Positions 12,844 through 26,678 of a stretch of 64,000 nucleotides of DNA are shown here, one piece after another. The notes under the pieces are model-generated. The model was not told where the DNA came from. It did not search any database and saw nothing but the letters and a program-made list of their open reading frames with translations. Within the stretch, counting starts at the first letter, position 1. Each line of letters begins with the position of its first letter. The DNA is from Octopus vulgaris (taxonomy: Eukaryota), in contig OX597819.1 of assembly GCA_951406725.2 (NCBI GenBank), forward strand, positions 113,584,001 through 113,648,000, written 5' to 3'. A program made the position numbers and the translations under genes.

Positions 12844-14128
12844 TCAGATCATTAAGAATGACATGTCTGATTTTGAACTGAAAGTTTATTTTACTTTATC
12901 TCAGCAAAAAGTCATGCAGTTAATCAAAATATGCACCTAAATTATCAAAACAATTTTGCTATTTTATCGGTAGCTTATTTATGCCTGCAGTGAAGAATTC
13001 TGGAGAGCAAGAGGTGATGAAATCAGGAAAGGCTGTTTTTGCATCTTTTTAAGATTTAAAGTTTTTCCCTTGCAAAAAGTTTTCTAATGCCTGGAAAACG
13101 TGATTGTCAGATTGTGCAAGGTCTGGTGAACAAGGTGGATGACAGAGTACTTCCAAGTTCAGTTCCTGTAACTTGAGTAGCATTTCTTTGTGCAACATGT
13201 GGTCAAGCATTGTCTTGCAAGAGAATTGGCCTGTTTCTGTTGAGCAGTCTCGGTTATTTAATTACAAGTTCACTCATCATTTCATTCAATTGGTTGATGT
13301 ATACATCTGCTGTAATTGACTTACCAGGTCTCATGAAGCTGTAGTGGATGACACCAGTTCTGGACTACCAAACAGACACCATTAACTTTTTTGAGGGAAT
13401 ATTCTTTTTTGGATTGTGTTTTGGCATTTTGACTTTATCCAACCATCATGCAGAACTCTTGCTATTGTTAAAAAGAATCCATTTTTCAACACACATAACA
13501 ATACAATGCAAAAATGGTTCACTTTTATGCTGTAACAGCAAAGAACAACAAGTTTCAAGATGTGTCATTTGATGCTCGTTCAGTTTGTGTGGTAACCACT
13601 TGTCCAGCTTCTTTACTTTGCCGATTTGTTTCAGATTGTCCAATACAGTTGGAATTGAAACATCAAACCTTGCTGCTAACTCATACCTAGTTTGAGAGGT
13701 ATCCACTTCAACTACAGTTTCGAGCTCATCATTATCCACCTTGGTCTCAGGTCTACCATGGGGGCTGATTTTCAAGAGTAAAGTCACCACACCAGAACTT
13801 CTCAAACCATCGACATATAGTGTGCTCATTCACCACATCTTCACCAAATACCTCATTGATGTTTCGAACTGTCTGGAATGCATTGGTTCCATGACAGAAC
13901 TCATGTTCTTAAAACAACACAAATTTTTTATCCATCCATGGGTTCACAAAATTTAATTTACAAGAGAGAACTCACAATATAATCAGATACCATGGATTGC
14001 ATTTCGAAAAGGGATGATGTAACTCTTCAATGTTGTGAAACAAAGAATTGTCAGGATAAAACATTAGAGTTAACGACTGTCAAACTTGCTGCTTAAGAAA
14101 ATCGGACATTTCATTCTTAATGACCTGA
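12844..14128 (-). mobile_element. Full-length-size decayed mariner (about 1285 bp)
   Basis: TIRs tcagatcattaagaatgacatgtctgattt / aaatcggacatttcattcttaatgacctga, with TA on the left. Transposase fragments GRP...WLPHKL, CVEKW and HPPCSPDLAQSD, interrupted by stops and frameshifts. Confidence 0.9.
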
Positions 14129-17100
14129 TTTGTAAAGCATCAATCTCACCAGCTCAAGAGGACCCGTGATGACCTTGGGCACCACACCTTCCTCCAGGCT
14201 GAGTAAGTGTAACAAATCCTTTTATGTACACATTCGATTTTGTTGCAAAAAATTATGTTCTTATGTTAAGTGATGTTCATCTTTGTGGCAACAGAGATAT
14301 TATCAATAATCACATTAGGTTAATTAATTAAAGTTTGCATTTGTAGAAATACATGATTACAGGATGAAAAATATTTCTATTCTTACTTATATGTGGTTTA
14401 AATTGCAAGTGATTAAATAAAAAGGTATACATACATACATATATATATATACACACACACATACACACACACATACATATATATATACACACATATATAT
14501 ATACACACACACACACACACAGATATTTACATATATGTATACTTGAAAATGGAGGTGTGGCATTTGATCATATAATGATATAAATAATATATAAATATAT
14601 GCACATATACATACATATATGTATATATATATGCATATATGGGTACAGGACATACGAAAAAACATCAACAAAATGAGAAATGAGAACATAAAAAGCAAAA
14701 ACATAGAAAACAAATTTTTTTTCGAACAATGAAAGAAACAAATAGAGAAATGAGATAGGCGACATAAAGAACATTCCCTTCAGTTGTCCCCTGTTTTATC
14801 TACTCCACGTTTCGAAGTTCTGTGCTATGCTATATTTATGTTGACACTGACTGCAGTTGGAAAAATTTGCTCCTTTTAAGGAAAGATTATGACTTAATTT
14901 GCCATCAGTTGGTTGAAGCTGGTCTCAAGATCAGAGGATCAGCCAAAAGTTGAGGCTGTATTTGTTCAGCGAATTGTGTCATGTGAAAGGATGGATGAAA
15001 ATTGTGACTTATCTCCATATATCAGGTCACATGACAGAATGGACAATCATCATCATTATCATCGTTGTTTAACGTCTGCTTTCCATGCTAGCATGGGTTG
15101 GACGGTTTGACTGTGGGCTGGCGAACCAGATGGCTGTGCCAGGCTCCAGTCTTGATCTGGCAGAGTTTCTACAGCTGGATGCCCTTCCTAATGCCAACCA
15201 CTCCAAGAGTGTAGTGAGTGCTTTTATGTGCCATCGGCACGTGGGCCAGTCAGGCAGTACTGGCAACGACCTCGCTCAAATTTTTACACATGCTAATGGC
15301 ACAGGTGCCAGTAAGGCGATGCTGGTAACGATCCCGCTCAAATGGTGCCTCCTACATGCCATTGGCATGGAAGCCAGTTAGCCGCTCTGGCAACGATCAA
15401 CAATATACATGTTTATATAAGAGCATGCATACAAGGTCTAATTCAACTAATTGATACCTACTCATTGCTGACCTTACTTGTCTTATTAACTAACTCTAAA
15501 AAAATTGAACTTCTTAGCGGTGAAAGGAAATGAATTTATCATCATTTAATGCCCATTTTTCCATATTTGTATGGGTCAGATTGAATTTGTTGAGGTAGAT
15601 TTCCTACAGCTGGATGCCCTTCCTGTTTCCAAACAAGGTAATATTATCCCATGGTCATATTTTCACAGATAACTAGAAACAAGCAACATCACTTGTGTGA
15701 TGATGATGCTTTTTTAAAACCATCATGTAATTTCAAAGCAAGGACACTCACAAACACACATGCACACACATATATATCATCATCATCACCATCATCATTA
15801 ATGCTCCTCCTTGCTGGCATGGGTTGAACAGTTTGACTGGGGCTGCCAAGATCCAATGTCTGCTTTGGCATGGGTTCTACAGATTGATGCCATTCTTAAT
15901 GCCAACCATTCTACAGAGTGTACAGGGTGCTTTTTATGTGACACCAACTGCAGTGAGGTCATCTAGTAACTTGTAAAATAAGACCCCTCAACTGAGGTGG
16001 GAATAGTAGTAAAGGAGGTGATTTTGTGCTAGGAAATGAGGGGTTTAGAGTATGAATAGAGGAGTAGAAGTAGGTGTCATGCAGTACAGAAGATATTTCA
16101 GAGAGAGAGAGAGGAGAAAGGGAGAGAAAGAGGAGAAAGGTAAGATAGTGAAGATGTGATGGGCATACTCTCCAGTCATAAGGTGGTGTATGTAAATGGA
16201 CCCATATATTAGATAGGGTGATTAGGTGGGTAAGTTCAAGAGACTACAAAAGAAGAGTGAAAGATGGAGGGTAAGGGGAATGTAGTGAGTGGTGAACACA
16301 GGAGGAGTGAGGGGCAGGTGTTAGGAAGATGGGTAGTTGGGGAGAGGTTTCTTAAGGACAGATTGAGTGCAGGGGCATGGACATTAAGGACATGCTTTTA
16401 TGGCCTCAATTTTACTTAAATGGCCAGGTCTTCTGAAACACAGCAAATCACTAATCATCTCGGTCCTTTGTTATTCCTCTGTGAAGCTCAACATTACAAT
16501 GGGCTTCTTTCAGTTTCCATCTACCAAATCCACTTAAAGCTTTGGTTAGCTTGGGGCTGTCATGCAGTGGGACTGAATCCCAAACCACATGGTTTGGAAG
16601 CAAGCTTTTTAACCACATAACCATGCCTGTGCCTGAAATTGAAAAATTCTTTTATTCAAAATAACAAAAGCAAAACAAAAAATAATAATAGAGTATTTAA
16701 TTGCTTAAAAAATATTGGTATTGTACCAATTCATCACTTACCAACTTATTGTCAAACCACCAATAAGTAATTAAGTTAATTATCCACCAACTTTAAATTA
16801 AAGATAAATTAATTGCAGGACCACCTAATTACCAACTTAAAACTGACAACTTTAGTTCTTATTAACCTTCAGCACTGACAATTTCACTTCAAGTCATTAA
16901 CGCATAGCTATTTAAATTTCTCAAGTTGGTCCTTCAGAATGGAGGAGTATATTTTAAGCCAATGTGGCAAAAGAAAAGTTTTCACATAATGGCAGTTTGT
17001 GTACTTTTGGTAAACTTAGTAAGGTCAACAATGACTGAATGTTTCAGCATTGTGAACAAACAGGAAATGCTAATGGACACCTTTATTTACATGTGGCTCC

Positions 17101-17305
17101 CGTATGCAATGCTATTTGTCACCTATCCACAGACTGTAGGCCCTCCCTTGCTTCTCTGTAACCCCCAAAACTCTTCACAGAAGCTATGAACAATGCCTTT
17201 CATCTTCTCAGAGTACCAGTTAAGTACTGGGGTCAATGTAATCAATTTATCCCGTCCCCAAATTGCTGGCCTTTTGCCAAAATTTTAAATTATTATTATT
17301 ATTAT

Positions 17306-17662
17306 TGCCTTTGCACAGCTTCTAACGCTGGAGATGTACTACAGTGTCAGCTGTTCACTACCAGTGAACTAAGGTAACACCTCTTATTTTTCGAACACCT
17401 TCCAGAATATTCGAGCGGTTCCAAGCAGTGCTGTTTTCTGCAAGTGCTCCACCCTTATTGCAGCCCCTATTTGTTCCATGTACTTCTCAAGATTTTTGCT
17501 CACTGTTCCAAGGGCTCCGACAATTATTTGCATTACTGCTACCTTTTTTATCGACCACAACTGCTTAACTTCCCAAGCTAACCTGTCATATCTCTCGACT
17601 TTTCTTTCTTCCTTATTGCATACTTTGTTCTCAGCTGGGCATGCTATATCTATGATCCAGCA
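17306..17662 (-). mobile_element. 5'-truncated R4/Dong-type non-LTR element (restriction-like endonuclease C-terminus plus 3'UTR)
   Basis: IIDIACP...KEERKVERYDRLAWEVKQLW...IIVGALG...LQKTALLGTARI matches the RLE domain pattern; both flanks are TAA-type repeats. Confidence 0.8.
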
Positions 17663-17690
17663 TGTTGTTGTTGTTATTATTATTATTATT

Positions 17691-17740
<50 letters not shown>

Positions 17741-18815
17741 TATTATTATTATTATTAAGGCGGTGAGCTGGTAGAATTGTTAGCACACTGGACAAGATGC
17801 TTAGCTACATTTCGTATGTCTTTATGTTCTGAGTTCAAATTCTGCTGAGGTCAACTTTACCTTTCATCCTTTCAGGGTCAATAAATTAAGTACCAGTTGA
17901 GTACTAGGGTCGATGTAATTGACTTACTCCCTCCCTGCAAATTTCAGGCATTGTGTCTTTAGTAGAAAGGATTATTATCATTATTATTATTATTATTATT
18001 ATTATTACTAGCTGACTCTGTACCATCAAAAATTATGGCTAATTGTAGTATTTTATATATAAATAAGGTACAAAATATGGTACGTAATAATCACACATAC
18101 AAACATTCACATACTTCACTTGTACATGCATACACATATACTCAGAGTTGAAACACTGTTTGAGTTTTTTTTCAGCATAAATGTTCACCATCCCATTTCC
18201 ATTGTACACACACACACACACACACAAACATTCACATACCCCCCCTTTTAGATTCCCAGACATATACTCACACAGAGTTGAAACACTGATTTTTTCACAC
18301 CTTCCTTTATTATTCATCTATCACCTCTTCCTTTCTCATTCATATGTTGTGACAGAGAAAAACAGAAGATACACGACATGCTCTTTGCCACTTCCTTTCT
18401 CTCATTGCTATTACTTTCTCTCAATCTCACTCTCTCTCAGTCAGGACTATTACTCTCACTACTTCTCCTTCACTAAATTACTATTTTCTTTCCTCTCCCT
18501 TCACTTACACTACTCTTTCACCTGCTCTGTGATTTTGGACAAATATGTATATTTAATATTTATATATCTACAAATATATAAAACACTATGCACATTATTA
18601 TATTAGGAGATTATTAAGGCAGCGAGCTGGCAGAATTGTTAACAAGCCAGACAAAGTGCTTAGTGGCATTTCATCTGTCTTTATGTTCTGAGTTCAAATT
18701 TTGATTGGTCAACTTTGCCTTTCCTCCTTTTAGGTTCAATGAAATAAGTACCAGTCAAATACTGGTAATCAACTAATCCCCTCCCCCCAAATTTCAGGCC
18801 TTATAGAAAGGATCG

Positions 18816-19187
18816 TTATTACCCCTGCCTTAGTGAAGGTGGAGGTATTGTTTTCAGTTGTGTTTGTTTGTTTATCCGTGGACAAGATATCTCAAGAACC
18901 GCTGGATGGATTCGGATGAAACTTTCAGGGATGTTTGACCTCGTGACTGACACTAACTGATTAGATTTTGGGATCAATCCAGTACCAGAAAAAGGTTTCT
19001 GGGTTATTTTCCCGTTTTTTTTTTACGTAATTTTTGAGAGCAGTCGAGTTCATTTTTAGTATACTTGTTTGTGAGAGCAGTCCATTTTATTTCAGATATT
19101 CTCATTTTAAAAATCATCTCCAGCTTATCATTGAGAGGATGTTGGTGTTGCCTTAGCAGAGGTTTGCGCTGTCTGAGTGCTCTTGTT
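18816..19187 (+). mobile_element. HINE/DINE-like non-autonomous Helentron
   Basis: 5' ttattacccctgcc, subterminal inverted match gcagaggt, 3' hairpin gcgct-gtctg-agtgc, internal ggattcggatgaaactt motif, TT-rich flanks. Confidence 0.7.
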
Positions 19188-19697
19188 ATTGTTGTTGTTG
19201 TTGCTCTTCTTCTTCTTTTTATTATTATTATTATTATCTTCATTATTTCTTCTAGGAGTCTGTTGACAAGGACTTAAGAGAATGGACTAAATATCCAAGG
19301 TAAGAGAGCATACGTTTTTTTTTTTACTTCTAATTCTGAATCTGGAACTTGTTATTTAAATATTTCTAGTGGTCTACGTTTTTTTCAGCAAACTGCTTTC
19401 TGATAAAGCTAAGACAGATGAAGCAAAGAGGATTAAGATGACATTTAGATTATAACAATCCGCTGTTGTTGTAAAGTGCAGTATAATTTAGATGTGTGAC
19501 TAAGCTGTTTGCTTCCCAATCACATGGGATCAGGCTCAGTCCAACTGCATGACACCTCGGACAAATGTTTTCTACTATAGCCCTGAGCTGATCAAAGGCT
19601 TGTGAGTGGATTTGGATTTAGTTGACAGAAACTGAAAGAAGCCTGTCATGTGTGTGTAGGTGTGTGTGTTTGTGTGTATATGGGTGTGTGAGTGTGC

Positions 19698-19733
<36 letters not shown>

Positions 19734-20103
19734 TCATCATCATCGTTTAATGTCTGCTTTCCATGCTAGCATGGGTTGGATGGTTCAACTGGGGTTGGGA
19801 AGCCCGAAGGCTGCACCAGGCCAGTCAGATCTGGCAGTGTTTCTACAGCTGGATGCCCTTCCTAACGTCAACCACTCCGTGAGTGTAGTGGGTGCTTTTT
19901 ATGTGCCATCGGCACGGAGGCCAGGCGAGGCTTGCACGGCCACGATCGGATGGTGTTTGTTACGTGCCACCAGCACGGAGGCCAGTCGATGCAGTACTGG
20001 CTACGGCCACGTTCGGATTGTTTTCTTATGTGCCACCAGCACTGGTACCACAAAACTACAAATTCCATTGATGTTCATTGATTTTGATTTGATTCTTTGA
20101 TAT

Positions 20104-20536
20104 ATTAGAAATATTGAATTTCTAAATGTCTCAGAGAGACATGAGTGGTGGTGCGGCGATATAGTGGTTGTATACTGTCAACACAACATGACAGTCCCGT
20201 GATTCCCTTTACGGGACTGAGACATTTAGAAATTCAATATTTCTAATTTTGGTAACCAGTGAATAAATTTCACTGAAAATATTATATATTTGCAAAGAGG
20301 TCGCAGCCATCTCAGCTAGCAGGACTTGCTACGCTGGACTGATAATGGGCAAGACCCAGAAACATGTCTCCAGGTGCTAATCCTAGCTGGCGGGGGTGCT
20401 TGTCTCCCCTTTGCAAATATAAGGACACAGGAAATGTGTCAAAGCCAACAGGAAGCGTCGAGGCTTCCTAGGGCTAAATAGCGGTGGTGTGATTCCCTTT
20501 ACAGGACTGTCACGTTGTGTTGACAGTATACAACCA

Positions 20537-20538
<2 letters not shown>
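20104..20538. mobile_element. Penelope-like inverted-repeat composite
   Basis: Perfect 31-bp IR (20104-20134 / 20217-20247); 38-bp IR with 2 mismatches (20163-20200 / 20501-20538); direct repeat gtgattccctttac; hammerhead-like motif inside. Confidence 0.5.
20334..20373 (+). ncRNA. Minimal type I hammerhead ribozyme-like motif (core variant)
   Basis: ctgga-CTGATAA-tggg-caaga-ccca-GAAA-catg-TC-tccag. Stems I and II pair perfectly, stem III is palindromic, GUC site present; canonical G8 is replaced by A. Confidence 0.55.
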
Positions 20539-20581
<43 letters not shown>

Positions 20582-20894
20582 CATACATATGTCTATTTTC
20601 CATGAATGGTGTGTGTGTGTGAATTTGAGTCACTTTGTCTTAATATTATGTGATAGTTATAAATGAACATCACTGTCATACAACTCATGTCCCTCATTTC
20701 CATATCTGTTCATGGAAGAATATTACCATGCTTGGGAACAAGCTAGTGTTGGCAACAGAAAGGGCATCCAGCCATAGAAAATGTCATTTGACCCTTGTAA
20801 GCATAGAAAAGTAGGTGTGATGTTAACACAATGGTAATGATATCCATGGTCAAATATTTAAAATTTACTTATACAAATATCATAAATTCAAAGA

Positions 20895-21230
20895 GTAAAG
20901 ACCCCATTCAGTCATGAGTGACCATGGGATTGCACTTAGAAAGTTATCCTCTGAAGCACAAGTCTGGGTAAGGTTGTTTATGGAAGACCCGTGGTTGTGC
21001 ATGCATATCAGCCTCCCCTCTCTGTGCCACCGATGTTATCCAAGGGAAAGGCAAAGGCTGATACAGCTAGGCACCAGTGATGTTGCTACTTATTTCTACA
21101 GCTGAGTGAACTGGAGCAACATGAAATAAAGTGTCTTGCTCAAGAACACAGCACACAGCCTGATCCAGGAATTGAACTCACTACCTCATGATTGTGAGCC
21201 CAATGCCCTAACCACTGAGCCATGAACTTT
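20895..21230 (-). mobile_element. tRNA-derived SINE with CORE-like body (decayed)
   Basis: Minus-strand head atggctcagtggttaggg...gagttcaattcc followed by ttcttgagcaagacactttatttc; relatives near 48526-48745(+) and 63110-63290(-). Confidence 0.65.
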
Positions 21231-22629
21231 CACATCATAAATTTACCTATGCTTTAATAATATAAATCTATCCATGCCAAAACAGACACTGAAGCTTTGT
21301 GCAGTCTTCTACCTAGCCAGCTCCTGTCAAACCATCCAATCCATACCAGCATGGAAAACAGACATTAAAGGATGATGATGATGATAATGATGATGATGAA
21401 CCATGCCTTAATACTGTAAATTTATTTGTGCTTCAGTAATATAAATTTACTGATCTCCAAATATTTTACAATGTTGATCTGTGTAGTTGTCAGCAGGTAT
21501 GCTGAGATTTGTGTAGTTGTCAGCAGGTATGCTGACAAGATCAAATTTAGGCATGGTGATTAGTAATTTTCTGCAAAATTTATTCTTAATTTCTTTAAGT
21601 GATCTTATTTTTGTGGAGAAGTTGCTAACAATTACCATTAAGATAAATTGTAGTTGTGATACCCATGCCGGTGGCATGTAAAAACACCATCTGAACGCGG
21701 CCGATAACAGCGCCGCCTTGACAGGCGTCCGTGCCGGTGGCATGTAAAAAGCACAACTGATCGTGGACGTTGCCAGCCTCCCCTGGCCCCTGTGCTGGTT
21801 GCATGTAAAAAGCACCCACTACTGCGTTAGGAAGGGCATCCAGCTGTAGAAACACTGTCAGTTCAGACTGGAGCCTGGTGCAGCCTCCTGGCTTCCCAGA
21901 CCCTGGTTGAACCGTCCAACCCATGCTAGCGTGGAAAACGGACATTAAACAATGATGATGATGATGATTTTGTTTTCTTTCTCCAACTTATTGGCAAATA
22001 CAGACCAGCTTTCCAGGGTTGCTTCTACTTTGTACTATAGGAAACTAAGTTCCATTTTGTGATATTTAAGTGCAGCAAAGTGGCAAACTAGCAGAAGCAT
22101 TGGCATGCCAGGTGAAATGCTTAGTGGTATTTTGTCTGTCTTTACATTCTGAGTTCAAATTCCACCAAGGTCGACTTTGCCTTTTATCTTTTCAGGGTCG
22201 ATAAATTAAGTACCAGTTGCATACTGGGGTCAATTTAATCGATTGGCCCCCTCCCCCAAAATTTTGGACCTTGTGCTTAGAGTAGAATAGGAAATTTAAG
22301 TGCAGTTAGTTGACCTAGATTAGTGAGAGCTAAGTGCATTGGTCATGAGTAATAGTACAGTGAATTACCCTGTGGTATCCACATACAGCTGGATGGACTG
22401 TTGAGAGCTAAGTGGGATATGTTTTGAAATAGAATACAATGAACTACATTATCTGGTGATATCTATTTACTTCTAGGTCATTTGAACTATTGAGAGTTAA
22501 GTGATTTGGTAATGGGTACGGGGCACTTGTGAAAGAACATGATCTACCAATGTTTTATCTTTTCATTTTTTCGCTGGTTTATTCAAAGCCTATTGTCTCT
22601 GATTTTTACTGAGATTTTGTACATGTGTG

Positions 22630-23006
22630 TGCATAGGAGTGGCTGTGTGGTAAGTAGCTTGCTTACCAACCACATGGTTCCGAGTTTATTCCCACTGCGT
22701 GGCACCTTGGACAAGTGTCTTCTACTATAGCCTTGGGCCAACCAAAGCCTTGTGAGTGGATTTGGTAGACAGAAACTGAAAGAAGCCCATCGTATACATA
22801 TATACATATATATATATGTATATGTATATGCATGTGTGTGTATATGTTTGTGTGCGTGTCTCCTCAACAACGCTTGACAACCGATGTTGGTCTGATAGAA
22901 TAAGTACTAGGCTTACAAAGAATAAGTCCTGGGGTCGATTTGCTCGACTAAAGGCGGTGCTCCAGCATGGCCGCAGTCAGAATGACTGAAACAAGTAAAA
23001 CAGTAA
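22630..23006 (+). mobile_element. SINE family B copy
   Basis: Collinear with other family B copies. Confidence 0.85.
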
Positions 23007-23327
23007 GACACTTGTAAATGCAAATGAGAAAACCAAATTCTGTAATCTTTAAACACACTCTGAAGGATTGTAACAATATCATAATGCATGTTATTTCAAA
23101 ACTCCACTGATTGTTGCACTTACTATTTCATGCTAATCTTTTAATGATTTTAACTAGGAGGACCCGTGAATATTTCATGGAATTAATGGTAAACTTATCG
23201 GGTTATTTCTGAAAACTTTATCCAAAAAACCTGAAAGTGTAACCTGTGTTGTATCTGTATCAAAAGATAGTCGCTCATCTGTTAATCATTGAAAAGTGAA
23301 GGAAATTGGAATACGATGATTACTTAA

Positions 23328-23547
23328 TCCTTTTGTTACCGTATTTCTGTTGAGATGCTCTGTGTTCCTTTCAATTACTTTAAATATAACAAAGAATTTA
23401 GTAAAATAACTTAGTTATCATTCAGCTAGTGTTAGGAACATAAATTGCAACTAAGGTTTGGTGGAAGATTTGAATTCAAAACTTATGAAAACAAGACATT
23501 TGTACTCAGAACCAGAGCCAGTTTCAGCCGGGTTTGTAACAAAAGGG
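23328..23547. mobile_element. piggyBac-type MITE (220 bp)
   Basis: TTAA on both sides; TIRs tccttttgttac / gtaacaaaaggg; second copy inverted at 48816-49035. Confidence 0.85.
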
Positions 23548-24339
23548 TTAATGCATTTTATATACTTTATGAACAATTTCATAGACTTAATACACCACTT
23601 TCCCTCTTTCTCTCTCTCTTTGCCTTACCTTCTCTTTCTCTCTCCTTTTCTTTCACTCTTCATCTTTCCCTTCAACTAATCATATGAAAGCGTTACAGGT
23701 GGGTTAAGTAACAGTGAGAAAAAAGTTCAAAAAAGAAAAATTACATTTCATTTACCTCCTCCTCCTCCTCTATTTCTCCCCTCCCTCTCTCTCCCTCCCC
23801 AGATTTGATCAACAAGTTGACACAATTTGTTTTCTTTCTCTAATCATGAGGCAAACGCGTGCCAGCTTTCCTGTCTTGTTCAAGCATTATTCCTATTCAA
23901 ATTTCAATAAGTCAATCCTGTGCAGGTGGAAGATAAAAAGCATCATTTGAGCGTGGCCATTGCCAGTACCACCTGACTGGCCCTTGTGCCGGTGGCACGT
24001 AAAAGCACCCACTACACTCTAGGAGTGGTTGGTGTTAGGAAAGGCATCTAGCTGTAGAAACTCTGCCAGATCAGATTGGAGTCTGGTGCAGCCATCTGGT
24101 TCGCCAGACCTCATTTGAATCGTCATGGAAAGCGGACGTTAAATGATGATGATGATGATGATCCCTGTCGAAGAAAATGCACGATCAAAGGTGTTTTAAC
24201 TGTGATTAATCCATAAACTTTTTAAGACAAAATGTATTCAAATCTACATTATCCTATGTCTCTTTTCTTTTAAAATAATTAATTCGTCTTAAATCGGGTC
24301 CAAGTTTTTCAAAACTATTATTGGACATTCTCAATTTTT

Positions 24340-24830
24340 GTTCAAGATGAAAATAAGTTAATATGCAGTTTCTGACTGGGGAGAATTTAGCATAGAAATG
24401 TTTGCTACGAATAGATTGAGGACAATTTCAATGGAATTGGTGGTATGAATGGTAATAGAAAGCATAAAATTGGTTGGAATTGATGAAACTGTTTTTCCTA
24501 CACTTGAGAATATGCAGTTGGTAGGATGGGTCTGTATCAATGGATGTCCAGGGGAGTGGAGCACAGCACAGAAAAAAAATATTTCCCTGTATAGGGACCT
24601 GTGATGAATTGTATGCATATGTCAGTAAAGACCAAATTAAAGGTGGTGGAAAATGCATTCATAACATGGGGTGTAGATGAAAGTAATTTTGTGGATCATG
24701 TTGACATTATCCATACTCAGTCTATTCAGTCTGAAAGAGGGCTGAAGAGAAATTAAGGAATCAAAGTTGTGCTATCCAGCTGTTTTCCTAAATTATAAAT
24801 GAAGGAATTGATGTGGAGAGAGAATGACTT
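24340..24830 (+). pseudogene. Merlin/IS1595 (ISXO2-like) DDE transposase fossil
   Basis: Collinear frameshifted motifs DWGEFSIEMFA, GIGG, GIDETVF, NFVDHVDIIHTQSIQS, KELMWRE. Confidence 0.7.
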
Positions 24831-26319
24831 CAGTAACAAACATTTACAAGTGTTCTCTGTGTTCTTACACATAATGACAGATTAATAAAATAAATTCTTA
24901 ATTAACCTAAATTACGTAATTACCATAAACTGTATTAATTTTGATTTGTATTGTTGAAATTTGAATTGGATAACAATCACTTAAAAGCGTTCTCCGTTTT
25001 CTTGTGCATGGTGTTGGACAAGTATCGATTATAATTCATAATTATCCTGGATAGTATTGTTATCATAAATTGTATAAAAATTGTTTTTATTTGAAATAAT
25101 ATGTATTGTATTGTGCTAAATTTTGTTCATTTTTCATTCGTATTGTTCTCTATTTAAATTTGAATATTTACTGCAGAAATTGAAAATTTGAATCAGTCAT
25201 CTCATTGTAGCTTTGAAAAATTTCTGATTTGGTTCCTGGTTTCTGGGATACTCTTAAAACAAAGTAAATAAAAACTAAAAATAAATTATTTGATACTTTA
25301 TATAGCTTGTCATTTAATCATACTTAAGGCTAAAAATCTTATGGACACAAACAGGTGATTAAATCAACCTGAATGCAGTGAGCTGGGAGAATTGCTAACT
25401 CAAACAAAATGCTTAGCAGTATTTCTTCCAGTTCTTAAATTCTGGGTTCAAATCCCACTGGGCTCAACTTTGCCTTTCATCCTTTCGAGACTGATGGAAT
25501 AAAAATACCAGTCAAGTACTGTGGTTGGTGTAATCAACTTGTCCTCTCCCCTCAAAAATTGCTGGACTCAAATCCTGCAACAGATCAGCATTCTGTTTAG
25601 AGGGAATATTGTGATCTCTGTCCCTTATATGCCATGAAAACTAGGTAACTGGCCTTATGGCCCAAGGGCTTAATCAAAATAAATGAAAAAAATCTTCGTT
25701 GATACTTATCTTATCACCCCTTAAAAAAATGAAAGGCAAGGTTAGCTTTCCCCTACAACTGTCGGATTTGGAAGCAGAATGTGAAGAACCGTAACTAAAT
25801 TCCCCAAAGCATTTTGCCAAACTTTCTATCATTTTGTCAACTGTTTCCATAATAATTATAAAGTTTTCTTACATTTGCATAAGGCTGCAAAATCTGGATG
25901 TAAGGTGTTCGGCTGATTGATATTATGCTATAAGGGCTTCTGAAAAGTTCCCGGCTTTTGGTAAAAGAAAATACAGGAGGATCAGTTAATTATAATTTTA
26001 TGCAGCATGTTCCCTGCTCAGATTCACACACTTATTGCAGCGATGCTTCAGTTTTTCTAAGCCTTGTAAAAGAACTCAAAAGGTTGGGTCTCCAGTCAGG
26101 CCTTTTGTGATACTCTTAAAATCCTTATATGTACATGTGTGTGTGTGTGTGTGTGTGTATACATGTACCTGTACACTGTGCTCTGCTGATTCTGCCTGAG
26201 TATTATGTTAAGGTACACGTGTCTGTGTAATGCTCTGCAAGTTATGCAATAATTCAGAAGCAGGTTATTCGGTTGATCAAACTACTGAATTCTTATTACC
26301 AGCCAACTGAGATCCTCCA

Positions 26320-26342
26320 CTATATATGTGTGTGTGTATGTA

Positions 26343-26374
<32 letters not shown>

Positions 26375-26642
26375 TGTGTGTGTATGTATGTATGTGTGTG
26401 TGTGTGTATATAAGAGAGTGTGTGTGTGTGTATGAGGTGTGTGTGTATGTATGAGGTGTGTGTGTATGTATTAGAGAGGATGTGTGTGTATATGTGTGTG
26501 TATAAGAGAGGCTATGTGTATGAATGTGTGTGTGTGTGTATATATATATATGTGTGTGCGTGTGTATGTATTAGAGAGGGTATGTGTGTGTGTGAGTATA
26601 AGAGAGGGTGTGTGTATGTATTAGAGAGGTGGTGTGTGTGTA

Positions 26643-26678
<36 letters not shown>

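Noticed and set aside
13446-13829. SETMAR or an active transposase gene
   Set aside because: No SET domain; a fragment with stops and frameshifts inside TIRs. The same applies at 36 kb, 41 kb and 53 kb.
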